A stretch of 64,000 nt of DNA from positions 1 through 64,000 of the forward strand of contig CAVPLT010000007.1 of the NCBI GenBank assembly GCA_963706325.1, written 5' to 3'. Source of the stretch: an uncultured Nitrospiraceae bacterium (GTDB taxonomy: Bacteria; Nitrospirota; Nitrospiria; Nitrospirales; Nitrospiraceae). Below are positions 20,178 through 29,363 of this stretch, piece after piece. The position numbers were made by a program, and so were the translations under genes. The notes beneath the pieces were generated by a model. The model saw only the letters and a list, made by a program, of their open reading frames with translations, was not told where the DNA came from and did not search any database. The stretch's first letter is position 1, and each line of letters opens with the position of its first letter.

Positions 20178-20723
20178 TTAGAGTTGCATCGCGAGGGGTG
20201 ATTGAACGATGGTGGCATGAAGGCCCTTCTCGCCCGGTTCGGCTTCGAACATGACTTCCAGCCCGTCCTCCAATTCTTTAAACGGGATGCCTTTGAGGGC
20301 ATTTTTGTGAAAATAGACTTCCCCGCCGCCGTCCTTGAGGATGAATCCATACCCTTGTGCCGGAAATACTTTGCTGACCACGCCACGCAGCGCCGGGAGC
20401 GGTTTGGTACGGACGACTTTGTCGGCGCGTTTTTCACGGTACTTCCGTAGCTCGATTGCCATGGCATCAAAGGCGGAACGGATCGCTTCTTCGAAGGTCT
20501 TATCCTCCTTGCGGGCCGTCATAGTATGGCGAGTCGGTACCGTGACGAGCACGAGCGCCTCGGCCACGTTGTCTAGCTTTTTATGATGCCGGTTCTTGGT
20601 GAGGGTCACGCGTCCATGGATGATGTCGTCATGACCGCGCTGCAGGAGGGCCATACGTTCTTCAATCTCGGTTTTCCAACGGGGCGTCATCGCAATGTTG
20701 CGGCTCTCGATTTCTACGTTCAT
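20178..20723 (-). CDS. HPF/RaiA ribosome-associated protein fused to a cold-shock domain
   Basis: N-terminal S30AE-like region (IESRNIAMT..AIRSAFDAMAIELRKY); C-terminal RNP motifs GYGFI and VYFH. AAAGGAG RBS. Confidence 0.88.
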   Translation of the reverse strand: MNVEIESRNIAMTPRWKTEIEERMALLQRGHDDIIHGRVTLTKNRHHKKLDNVAEALVLVTVPTRHTMTARKEDKTFEEAIRSAFDAMAIELRKYREKRADKVVRTKPLPALRGVVSKVFPAQGYGFILKDGGGEVYFHKNALKGIPFKELEDGLEVMFEAEPGEKGLHATIVQSPLAMQL

Positions 20724-20771
20724 TCTTACTCCTTTCGGATCAGGCTGAACAACAGCTTCAGGCCCTGTATC

Positions 20772-20791
20772 AGCAAGGCACGTGCCTTGCT
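20772..20791. promoter_or_regulatory. Palindromic sigma54-like -24/-12 element
   Basis: AGCAAGGCACGTGCCTTGCT is its own reverse complement and reads GGCAC-N5-TTGCT on both strands. Confidence 0.6.
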
Positions 20792-21019
20792 CGAAAGGAG
20801 GCCGTGGCTGGATGAGAGGCTTCGAATCGAGGGGAAGTGGGCCCATTTGCCGATCCGGCGAAGCAGAATTCCTTTATCTTGGAATGGGCAGTGGCGCATA
20901 ATTCCTCACTCGTCCAAGGCAGGCTGAAGCCCAACGCGCCAGCCGGTGCTGTCCTGACGGCGAAAGGTGGCTATTTTCGGGGAACATGTTTGGCCTGTAT
21001 TTGCCTGTAGGAGTTCAGT

Positions 21020-22105
21020 ATGCCGGTCTTGAGAAAATCTGCTCTCGAAGCCTATCTCAGAGCCCGATTTGGTCCCTCCACCACCTTGCTGGCCTATGGA
21101 CCGATTGGGAAGGAAACCACCGGAGCCCGCTACAAACAATACGGGTATGGCGCGCCGATTCGTTTGACCTTTCGCGTGGCGGGCGCGACCCGTCGGGTGG
21201 TGCTTGGCACCATGAGCCCCGGTCCATTCGGCCATGAACACCCGGCGGATCGCGCGCAGGCGATGCTGTGGGACTATGACTGTTATGGCCGCTTGCCGGG
21301 CCACATTGCCGCGTTGGATGTGGGGGCGTTCACCGATCAGGGCGATTTGATGTCCGTGGCGTCGGCGAAGGAATTCTTTTTGCTCACGCAGTGGTCGGAG
21401 GGCGCGACGTACCATAAAGATCTCGAACGACTCGCCGGGGCGACAAGGCCTACGGTGCTGGACAGGAAACGGGTTGAGACGTTAGCCGGTTATCTGGCGG
21501 CCATCCATCGGGTGAAACATGCAGATCCGCAGCTCTACCGTCGTCGTCTTCGTGAATTGCTGGGCCACGGCGAATGCATCCTGGGGCTCACCGATAGTTA
21601 CCCGGATCGATTCGCCTTCATTTCGGACGATCTGCTGCAATCGATTGAAGTGGCCTGCAATACATGGCGTTGGCGGTTGCGCGGTAAACATGCCCGGTTG
21701 TCCCAAGTGCATGGCGATTTTCATCCGTGGAATGTGCTGTTCCGCAGCGGGACAGACTTTACCGTGCTTGACCGGTCACGTGGCGAATGGGGAGAGCCGG
21801 CTGACGACGTCACCTCGATGTCGATCAATTATTTCTTTTTTTCGCTCTGCCGGCATGGGAAATTGAAGGGACCGTTGGAAGTGCTGTTTCGTTCGTTCTG
21901 GGACATCTATCTTTCTCGTAGCCGCGATCGCGGAGTGCTGAGCACGGCTGCGCCGTTTTTTGCCTTCCGTGGGCTGGTGCTCGCCAGTCCCCTCTGGTAT
22001 CCAAAACTGACGGTGGCCGTGCGCCGGAAGATATTCCGTTTCATCGAAAATGTGCTGGCGGCGGGTCGTTTCGATCCGGGGGACGCGAATCGGTATTGTG
22101 AATAA
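21020..22105 (+). CDS. APH/choline-kinase-like phosphotransferase
   Basis: Brenner motif QVHGDFHPWN, then VLDRS and GEPADDV. Confidence 0.85.
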   Translation: MPVLRKSALEAYLRARFGPSTTLLAYGPIGKETTGARYKQYGYGAPIRLTFRVAGATRRVVLGTMSPGPFGHEHPADRAQAMLWDYDCYGRLPGHIAALDVGAFTDQGDLMSVASAKEFFLLTQWSEGATYHKDLERLAGATRPTVLDRKRVETLAGYLAAIHRVKHADPQLYRRRLRELLGHGECILGLTDSYPDRFAFISDDLLQSIEVACNTWRWRLRGKHARLSQVHGDFHPWNVLFRSGTDFTVLDRSRGEWGEPADDVTSMSINYFFFSLCRHGKLKGPLEVLFRSFWDIYLSRSRDRGVLSTAAPFFAFRGLVLASPLWYPKLTVAVRRKIFRFIENVLAAGRFDPGDANRYCE

Positions 22106-22641
22106 TGAGTATGGTGATACAGGCGCCTTTTGCCCTCTGGATCACCGGGCTTCCGGCTTCCGGAAAAAGTTCCATTGTCGCTCAAGTCATCCCAAAACTG
22201 GCGTCCATCGGTCTTCAGTCAGAAGTTATGGAGTCCGACGCGGTACGTCGCATCCTCACGCCTTCGCCGACCTATTCGACCGAAGAGCGGGAGCTGTTCT
22301 ACCGTTCATTGGCTTTTATGGGCTCGCGATTGCTGGCGCATGGCGTGAACGTGATCTTCGATGCCACAGCGAGCCGGCGCGCCTATCGGGAGTTTGCCAG
22401 AACACTGATGCCTCAGCTGCTGGAAGTATCGGTCGAATGTCCGCTGGAGGTCTGCATGCAGCGCGACAAAAAAGGAACCTACCGGCGCGGACTGGAAGGC
22501 AAGTCTGCGACGGTGCCGGGGTTGCAAGAACCTTACGAAGCGCCGCTCTCGCCGGATTTGGCCATCGATACAATGCTCGTCTCGCCGAAGAAAGCAGCGG
22601 ACCAGATTCTCGCATTGATCCGCTCGCGGCGTATGGGCTGA
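22105..22641 (+). CDS. Adenylyl-sulfate-kinase-like P-loop kinase
   Basis: WITGLPASGKS and CPLEVCMQRDKKGTY..PYEAP. TAATG coupling to the upstream gene. Confidence 0.82.
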   Translation: MSMVIQAPFALWITGLPASGKSSIVAQVIPKLASIGLQSEVMESDAVRRILTPSPTYSTEERELFYRSLAFMGSRLLAHGVNVIFDATASRRAYREFARTLMPQLLEVSVECPLEVCMQRDKKGTYRRGLEGKSATVPGLQEPYEAPLSPDLAIDTMLVSPKKAADQILALIRSRRMG

Positions 22642-22813
22642 TCCATCTGCTTCCCCATGTTTCGGTGTCGCGTCTGGCTGCACTTAGCCTCTAATCCCCA
22701 CGGGCTGTCAGTCCAAGGGATTGGCTTTCGCGAATCTCCCTTCCGGCTCTTGCTCAGTTCGATCGCCTTCTATAGGGTGAGTTTGTTGTCGTCGCTCGCT
22801 CCAGAGGGACACC

Positions 22814-22981
22814 ATGCCCGCCTCGCTCGATTACATTCATCCCGGCACCCCGATGGGCGCCAATCTGGTTGCCGACGGTGCCACCTTTCGTGGCTGGGCG
22901 CCGCATGCCCGGTCCATCTCTGTGGTTGGCGCCTTCAACGGTCATCTTCACCCGATAGTCAGAGCAGTCCGCCTCCCATAG
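22814..22981 (+). pseudogene. Truncated N-terminal (CBM48) remnant of a GH13 glucan branching/debranching enzyme
   Basis: Hand translation: MPASLDYIHPGTPMGANLVADGATFRGWAPHARSISVVGAFNGHLHPIVRAVRLP*, with GAGGG RBS. Not in the ORF track. Confidence 0.7.
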
Positions 22982-23227
22982 CCGCTCCTGAGCTACGCTG
23001 TCTCTGCGTACCCTAGACTTTGCGAAGATTCCTCCCTTGCTCTGTTCCTTTCCCAATCAGTGAGAGATGGCGCTGTCGTGGCCGCTTCTACCTCACCCTA
23101 GGGCAATTGCCGCCACCATAGAATTATAGAAACGTCGACAGACCGTCTGAACGTCGACTCGTAGAGTGAAGACCTGTGCCCCTCGTAATCCTACTACGTC
23201 TCGATAAAGGCTGAAGAGGAGGTGGCG

Positions 23228-23548
23228 ATGAACAGGATAATGCTGTTGGCCCTCATGCTTGTGGGGGTGATGGGAACGATGGAACCGGCTCGGGCGACGG
23301 AAGCGGCTGCAGTCTATCCCATGAGTTCGGTGGAAAGCGTCGATGTCCGCAACCAACTGCTGACTTTCAAGAGCCACGATGGACGGCTCTGGCTCATGCG
23401 GGTGGCGGACCCAGCGGCGATGAAGCGCGAATCGCTGTCCAAGGGGGACGTGGTGAGCATTGAGGTCGGTCTCGACGATCAAATCGTCCGTATCGAGAAA
23501 GTTGCGCCTCCAGCTGAATCAACCCGTCGTGGGTCGCGATTCAAATGA
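23228..23548 (+). CDS. Small secreted hypothetical protein (possible OB-fold-like)
   Basis: GAGGAGG RBS, signal peptide, LSKGDVVSIEV. Confidence 0.65.
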   Translation: MNRIMLLALMLVGVMGTMEPARATEAAAVYPMSSVESVDVRNQLLTFKSHDGRLWLMRVADPAAMKRESLSKGDVVSIEVGLDDQIVRIEKVAPPAESTRRGSRFK

Positions 23549-24470
23549 GGGCGTCGCGTTCCGTCCAGTACAAACAATGTGTAGGAGTTGCAGGAAAGTG
23601 GGAGCACTGGTGAGGCCGGCCGTTGCCGTCCCCACCAGGAGGCGACGGGAGCACGAGGCCGTTCATGGAGAGGGTGCGGATGGGTCCACTGGCCTGCTGA
23701 GTGCAGGCTGGCTTGGCGGCAGTATCCTGCGGCAGCAGCCGCCTCCTCTAGCCTTTGATTGAGCATGAAGAATGTCCCGTCGACGCGGAGAGATTGCGGG
23801 CAATACTAGTGAAGAGCCGTTCAGGGCAAAACAAGGTCAACGGCAATCGCCAGGCAAGGACCGGCGTGACGAACGGGACCCACGCCGTGATCACATCCAC
23901 CGGTTCTTTCACTTCGCAGTAGTCCGCTACCACGAATGCTGTGTGCGGAAGGTCGGCAACATAGCCGGTGGCGGAGTCATAGCGGCTGTAGCCGGTTGGG
24001 TAGAGGCGAAATCCTTCAAATTCCACACCGGTCAACATTGCCGGGCGAAAAAAGGTGTGGAGCGTGCGAGCGTACCAAAAGTTTGCGCAGCCGACATCAG
24101 TGACGAGGCCTCCTTGCCGAGGTTGTCGGTTCAGTGACGTCCATGCTTGTTCGAGGAGATCGAGATAGGTATAGTTCGCCATGGCCGTATGTTGTTCATA
24201 GTGCGACTCGAAGCGGATTTCATAATGAGCCTGCAGTGCATTGATACGGGCTGTCTGCCAGGGCGCGAGCCCACCCAGATGATCAATGGGGGTTTCGCGA
24301 AAAGGCCTTCGGGACCAGCGGATGCGTTCGGAGAGGCGGTACCACACATCGTGATACAGCGAGACACATCGTTGTCTGAGAGAGTAATGATGTTTCGGTG
24401 GAGTCAGTGCGGGCAGAGGGGCTCTCAGCTCGCCAGACGATCGGGAAGCCGTCGAAGGTGTCGTCCCCAT
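23479..24470 (-). pseudogene. Methyltransferase-like protein with a frameshift near 23790
   Basis: VTDVGCANFWYA and LTGVE motifs. C-terminus (VDGTFFMLNQ-LEEAAAA) continues in another frame. Both ends are approximate. Confidence 0.55.
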
Positions 24471-24591
24471 ACCACATAAGTCTCGCTCACCCTGTCGGCT
24501 ATGCCAATGAAAAACTGATAGACAACGTCGGCGATCGGTGTGGCAGCAGCACATCGACGGGTGGAATGTTTGAGTCTCAATGGGCGTGCTG

Positions 24592-25422
24592 TTAATCCAC
24601 GAGGTCAAAAGGGCGGCCGGTGATGAAGTTGTTGAGCAGCCGACAACCGGCGAAGAGGGTGGCCTCCTCGTTCCTGATCCAGCGGCTGATGGCTCCCATG
24701 TAGACCAGCCGATCCGCAACGCTCTTAATATCGTCGATGCCGCTCTCAACGCCTGCCTTCATGGGATTCACCGGCTGCCCACAATCAATCAGGTAGCGCA
24801 ACAATTGCCGCTCGGCTCCCTCGCCTATCTCCTCCGCTAACTGTCGAACAAACGGCTCCCATTGCTGCCGGCCTTCTGAAAGCATCGCATCACCATAGTG
24901 CAAGAAGAGTGTGGCGAGGTAGGGATGGTTGCCCGTCCACATTGCGATGGACCGATCCATATTGCGGCCGACCAGCTGCCGGAGTTCTCCATCCAGCAAG
25001 ACAGAGAGCGGGTAGAGGCGAACGGTCAGCTTCCGCAGCAGTGAAGGGGTGCTCAACAAGGCTCTCAGCCGATGGCCACCGGTGAGAATCATGCTGCTGG
25101 GTTTCGCGGTGAAAACCTGAGCAAGGAGGGCGGTGATCTTCTGCAAGGGCAAATGGTCGAGATTGTCGAAAACGAGGATGGCACCGGACATCGCTTCACC
25201 TGTGAGCGACGGTGTCTCGCGAAGATCTCTCTCGATCACCTTGTGGCCCGGCAAGCCTTCGAGCGCGCTGCGCAGCAGCGAGGTCTTCCCGAGTTTTGGT
25301 CCGCCGATCACCGCCATGGATTCACCTTGCGCGATACGTCCGCGCAAGTTTCGGATGAGCCCTTGGCGTCCGATAAACGCATTGCCCGTAACGGGGCGGG
25401 GAATAAAGGGGGTGATGAGCAT
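24592..25422 (-). CDS. P-loop ATP-binding protein (AAA/STAND-like ATPase)
   Basis: FIGR, Walker A GGPKLGKT, Walker B LVFDNLD, and WTGNHPY. Confidence 0.75.
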   Translation of the reverse strand: MLITPFIPRPVTGNAFIGRQGLIRNLRGRIAQGESMAVIGGPKLGKTSLLRSALEGLPGHKVIERDLRETPSLTGEAMSGAILVFDNLDHLPLQKITALLAQVFTAKPSSMILTGGHRLRALLSTPSLLRKLTVRLYPLSVLLDGELRQLVGRNMDRSIAMWTGNHPYLATLFLHYGDAMLSEGRQQWEPFVRQLAEEIGEGAERQLLRYLIDCGQPVNPMKAGVESGIDDIKSVADRLVYMGAISRWIRNEEATLFAGCRLLNNFITGRPFDLVD

Positions 25423-25575
25423 ACCCCACTGTATCATGCATAGCCGCGTCAGAGATCATCAGTCCTTGAATAGTCCCCACATTTGAGACCCCCGAATTCT
25501 CGCTGAATATGCGTCATCCCAGACTGCACGCGAGCACAGTAGTCCTTCGACCTGCTGAGATTCGTTTGAGATAGT

Positions 25576-26472
25576 TTATTGGGGGCGAACGTACCGGAGC
25601 AGGCTCTCGCCGGCGGCCAATCGGGCAAACTTTCGCTTCATGTCATGCACTCGATCGAGATAACTCCTGGCACTGTGGTCACCGCAACGTTGATGCGGGG
25701 CCAGCCGAAAGCCGCGTGCGACGTACGCGTGGCCGGCACCGGCCCCACAGAGATGAATCACTGCGGCCAGGTCTTGTTTTTGCCGGAGGGTAGGATGAGC
25801 TCTCCGCGACTGTCTGATGGCGCTTTCCACCGCACGGTCGAGCATGGCCGCCGTTAGCTCGATGGCATGGCTCGGCAGGACACGGCTATAGAGGCTGTTA
25901 AACCAGCAGGATTGCATGTCGTTCCAGCGGCCGTCTTGCACCACCTGATGGTCGTGAATGCAATAGCGCTTTCCTTCCTGAAAGGTCGCGTCGGTGATTT
26001 GAAACATGCCGACCGCGCTCGATGCCGGTCGATAGAGTTCCAGTGGATTCCAGGTCGGTCGCCATCGCCAGTATGTCCGTGCGACCGGGTTGCCGGCGCT
26101 TTCAACCTGCGCGAGTGCGGCGAGCAGATCAGGTGTGATGTCGGCGGTCGCATGCTTTTGGAACAACGAGCCGTACTCGCGCCAGGTTTCAAAAGGTTGT
26201 TTGTCGAGCGCGTTCGTCAGCGGAAAGAAGACTTCGGTCGGTTTGCGGATCGTGTGGTAGGCCCAATTTGCACCCAGTGCGGCTAACACGATGGCGGCAA
26301 CTGTAATGAGAATTTGGGCTGTGATCGGCAAGGTCAGAAAGGCGGTCAATAGGGCGCGTAACGTGCGCCGCCACGAGCGCGCGCGACGCCGAACGGCGGC
26401 CACCGTGATCCTGCGTCCGCCGGTTCTTCTTCGACCGACCGCGACAACATGAGGGTGAGAACGAGAACTCAT
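25576..26472 (-). CDS. Membrane-anchored lytic transglycosylase (SLT-like)
   Basis: TM helix, LAQVESAG catalytic Glu, SSAVGMFQIT. Confidence 0.8.
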   Translation of the reverse strand: MSSRSHPHVVAVGRRRTGGRRITVAAVRRRARSWRRTLRALLTAFLTLPITAQILITVAAIVLAALGANWAYHTIRKPTEVFFPLTNALDKQPFETWREYGSLFQKHATADITPDLLAALAQVESAGNPVARTYWRWRPTWNPLELYRPASSAVGMFQITDATFQEGKRYCIHDHQVVQDGRWNDMQSCWFNSLYSRVLPSHAIELTAAMLDRAVESAIRQSRRAHPTLRQKQDLAAVIHLCGAGAGHAYVARGFRLAPHQRCGDHSARSYLDRVHDMKRKFARLAAGESLLRYVRPQ

Positions 26473-26596
26473 CGAACTACTATAACCAAAAAAGCAGACG
26501 GATGCTTCTCAACTTCGATTACAGGACAACCGGGGCGATCATTTCGGGGGCGCCTGTGGGAGAAGGTCGGGGCGGCCTTTCAGCGGAGGATTTCTC

Positions 26597-27064
26597 TCAG
26601 CGCCGATCCGGAACGATCTTCGGCAACGACAACTCCTTCACCATTCTCCGATGTGAAATACCGGCGTCGGTGAAGAGTTCGCCGACCGGGTGAAAGCCGG
26701 CTCGCTCGTAAAAGCCAACGGCGTGGCTCTGCGCCGACAAAGTCACACGCGAAAGTCCTTCTTTGGCTGCCAGGTTCAGCAGCTCCTGCAGAATAGCCTG
26801 TCCGACCCCTCGCCCACGCCAGCTTTTGACCACCGCCATTCTCCCGATGGCGCCTGTCCGCTGCATCCGCGCCGTGCCGATAGCCTCACCTGATGCATTC
26901 CACGCAAGCACATGGGCGCAGAGGGGATCGAGTCCGTCCCACTCCAATTCTACCGGCACCGCCTGCTCCCCAATGAAAACCGTTTCGCGGATTGCCCGAA
27001 TGGCTTCTTCCTCCTTCCCCCACTCGACACGTTCTACCCGCAGATTCTCGTGATTTGGCTGCAT
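26597..27064 (-). CDS. GNAT N-acetyltransferase (YjcF/ElaA-like)
   Basis: IRETVFIGEQ, IGRMAVVKSWRGRGVG and AVGFYERAGF. Confidence 0.9.
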   Translation of the reverse strand: MQPNHENLRVERVEWGKEEEAIRAIRETVFIGEQAVPVELEWDGLDPLCAHVLAWNASGEAIGTARMQRTGAIGRMAVVKSWRGRGVGQAILQELLNLAAKEGLSRVTLSAQSHAVGFYERAGFHPVGELFTDAGISHRRMVKELSLPKIVPDRR

Positions 27065-27856
27065 GGATTCCTCTCGATTTCTTATCGTTCTGCTTGGACT
27101 GCATCTGACTCCAAATCACTGTGCGAATCAAGCACATGAGTCATCGCTTCGGGTGATCCCGACGCCACGTGCTTGAAACTATTTTCTAGTTTGGCGAATT
27201 GCTGTTCGCGTGATACGGTTCCTTACTGTCGAATGAGTCAAGCACGCGCGGAGAACGACAGAGTTGTCTTCCACACTGTTGAGAGGTCATTTGTGAGAGC
27301 TCACCGTCGGGTGTATTCTATCGTGGCGGGGAAAAGAGTACGCGCAGGATTGTGGTGTTCCTGGTGCCTGGTCGACGGAAAGCCTGAGAACTCCCGATTG
27401 TTCAGTTGGGACTTCTTCCGGTCGGTTTGGTCGTTGCTGAGCCGAGGGACATGGCGCCGACCTGCGCATCACGATGGGGCGCGATCCCACTGGGGACGCG
27501 AATCGGTCGGATGTTCTGCTCCTCGCGCGTCGGCGATCTATGGCCGGATGAACTGATCGGCCCATCATCCCCTCTGATCGGCTGTACCTACTCGCTCACA
27601 CTTAGGCGTTCCATCGAATGTCTATTCCTTTAGGTCCATTCTGTCGATAGGACCAGCCTGGTATGGGGCAGTCGCGTTGATGCCTTGGCCAGCCTCACGA
27701 CATGTCCGGACATTTCTTGTGCGTCCGGCTGTCGTTGTTATTTCTTCCTATCCCGCGTATCACCTTTGCAGGCTCCCCCCGATCCGATCCCAGACTGACA
27801 TCAACGCAAATGAACCTATTGACCCGTCGACCCATAGAGGGGAAGATGCGGCAACA

Positions 27857-27872
27857 TGGCACAGAGCCTGCA
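27857..27872 (+). promoter_or_regulatory. Putative sigma54 promoter of the USP gene
   Basis: TGGCAC-AGAGC-CTGCA with canonical GG-N10-GC spacing, 37 nt before ATG. Confidence 0.55.
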
Positions 27873-27909
27873 GATCAGTTGCAACAGACCGAACGATGAG
27901 GGATGACTT

Positions 27910-28764
27910 ATGAAAGTGCTGATTGCGATCGATGGATCGAGGTATGGCAAGTGGGCCACGGAATGGGTCGCTCGGATGCCGTTTGAGACACCCCCCGACA
28001 TTACGGTGCTGCATGTCGTAGATGTCGAGGCGTTGCGCGCTCCGTTTATGTTTCAGCCGGTAGTCATCGGTAACGAACCGTTCATTCAGGACGAAATCAA
28101 GCGAACCGAGGCTCGTGGGAAAAAGGCGATGGCTGAGGCTAAGCTTCAAATGGCTGCGCTGAAGATAAAGGGAAAGCTGGTGGCCGAGCGAGGCGCAGTG
28201 GGTCCGACGATACTCAAACAGATGGGAAAACGCGACGGACTCATCGTGCTAGGTAGTAGGGGATTGGATGCGCTCGATCGATTCATGCTTGGTAGCGTCT
28301 CCACCCAAGTTACGCTGCATGCGCCCTGTTCAGTTCTTATTGTGAAGGAAGACCCTCGCCCATTGAAACGTATTCTCTTTGCTACCGACGGGTCAAAGGA
28401 ATCGGACAAGGCGCTGCGGTTTCTTTTGAAAAAATTACAACCGGATGCGCGTGAAGGGCTGGAGCCCATCGATGTCGTGGTGACCCATGCCATGCCCTTT
28501 CTCAACTATCCGGAATTGAAAGAAGCCGGTGGTCGCCTCGTCGAGGATTGTGCGAATAAATTGATCAAGGCAGGGTATGTGGTCGACGAAGTGGTCCGGC
28601 TGGGCAAGCCTGCCGACGAAATCCTGGAGGTGGCGTCCAAAAAAAAGGTCGACCTCATTGTGACCGGAGCTAAAGGCATGGGCGCCGTCGCCCGCTTCTT
28701 GCTCGGCAGTGTTTCGACAAAGATCGTGCAGCAGAGCTCTTGCTCCGTCCTAGTGGTCCGGTAA
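27910..28764 (+). CDS. Tandem-domain universal stress protein
   Basis: Two USP domains (LIAIDGS..GSRG..LGSVS..PCSVLIVK; ATDGS..GAKG..LGSVS..CSVLVVR). Confidence 0.93.
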   Translation: MKVLIAIDGSRYGKWATEWVARMPFETPPDITVLHVVDVEALRAPFMFQPVVIGNEPFIQDEIKRTEARGKKAMAEAKLQMAALKIKGKLVAERGAVGPTILKQMGKRDGLIVLGSRGLDALDRFMLGSVSTQVTLHAPCSVLIVKEDPRPLKRILFATDGSKESDKALRFLLKKLQPDAREGLEPIDVVVTHAMPFLNYPELKEAGGRLVEDCANKLIKAGYVVDEVVRLGKPADEILEVASKKKVDLIVTGAKGMGAVARFLLGSVSTKIVQQSSCSVLVVR

Positions 28765-29363
28765 CCAGCGATTATGTAGCCGCGCATTCCCTGTCACTTA
28801 ACCGCATGGTGGCTTTTCACCCCGCTCCTTCTCGATAACGTGACAAAAAGCTGTTACGGAGTACTATCTGCGAAATGGGGTTCTCGCACTGCATGGATGC
28901 CCACATTGTCGCTGTGGCGAAAAGACGATTTTTCTGGGCGGTTCCACCGGATGAGTTCTCTGTGAGTTGCGCACCACAGAGACGGCTCTCCGTACGCCGA
29001 TGCAGAACCACGACAAGCGACCTATGCTCCCACCAAACTGATTTGCTGCATACCGGCTAGCCATTTAAGTTCCTACTGACTCAATTCAAAGCCCCATCAT
29101 TCTGAGGCGATCTTCCGGTTGGCGAGACGGGGGATCTTGTTGTCTATGTCTTAAAGGCAGAGCCGACAAAGAGGCAGTTCTACCAGCGTGTGGCGAATAG
29201 CGACTGGAATGCACGGAATGTTATCGCGCGCCCAGGAGGAGGGCCGATAGACAGGTCCTGTCTCCTGCATTCCATCATCTCCTTGACTGTATGTGGTGAT
29301 AGAGTAAAACCGTAGGAGGGCCTGATCTCGCTTTGTCCTATACTCTCCGTTCTATGAGGCTCC

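Noticed and set aside
21020..22105. Aminoglycoside resistance gene
   Set aside because: Only the kinase fold motifs are shared. The length, N-terminal domain, coupling to a second kinase and lack of mobile context argue against it.
27173..27633. ORFs in the GNAT-USP intergenic region
   Set aside because: No motifs and several competing overlapping frames; cannot be supported as coding.
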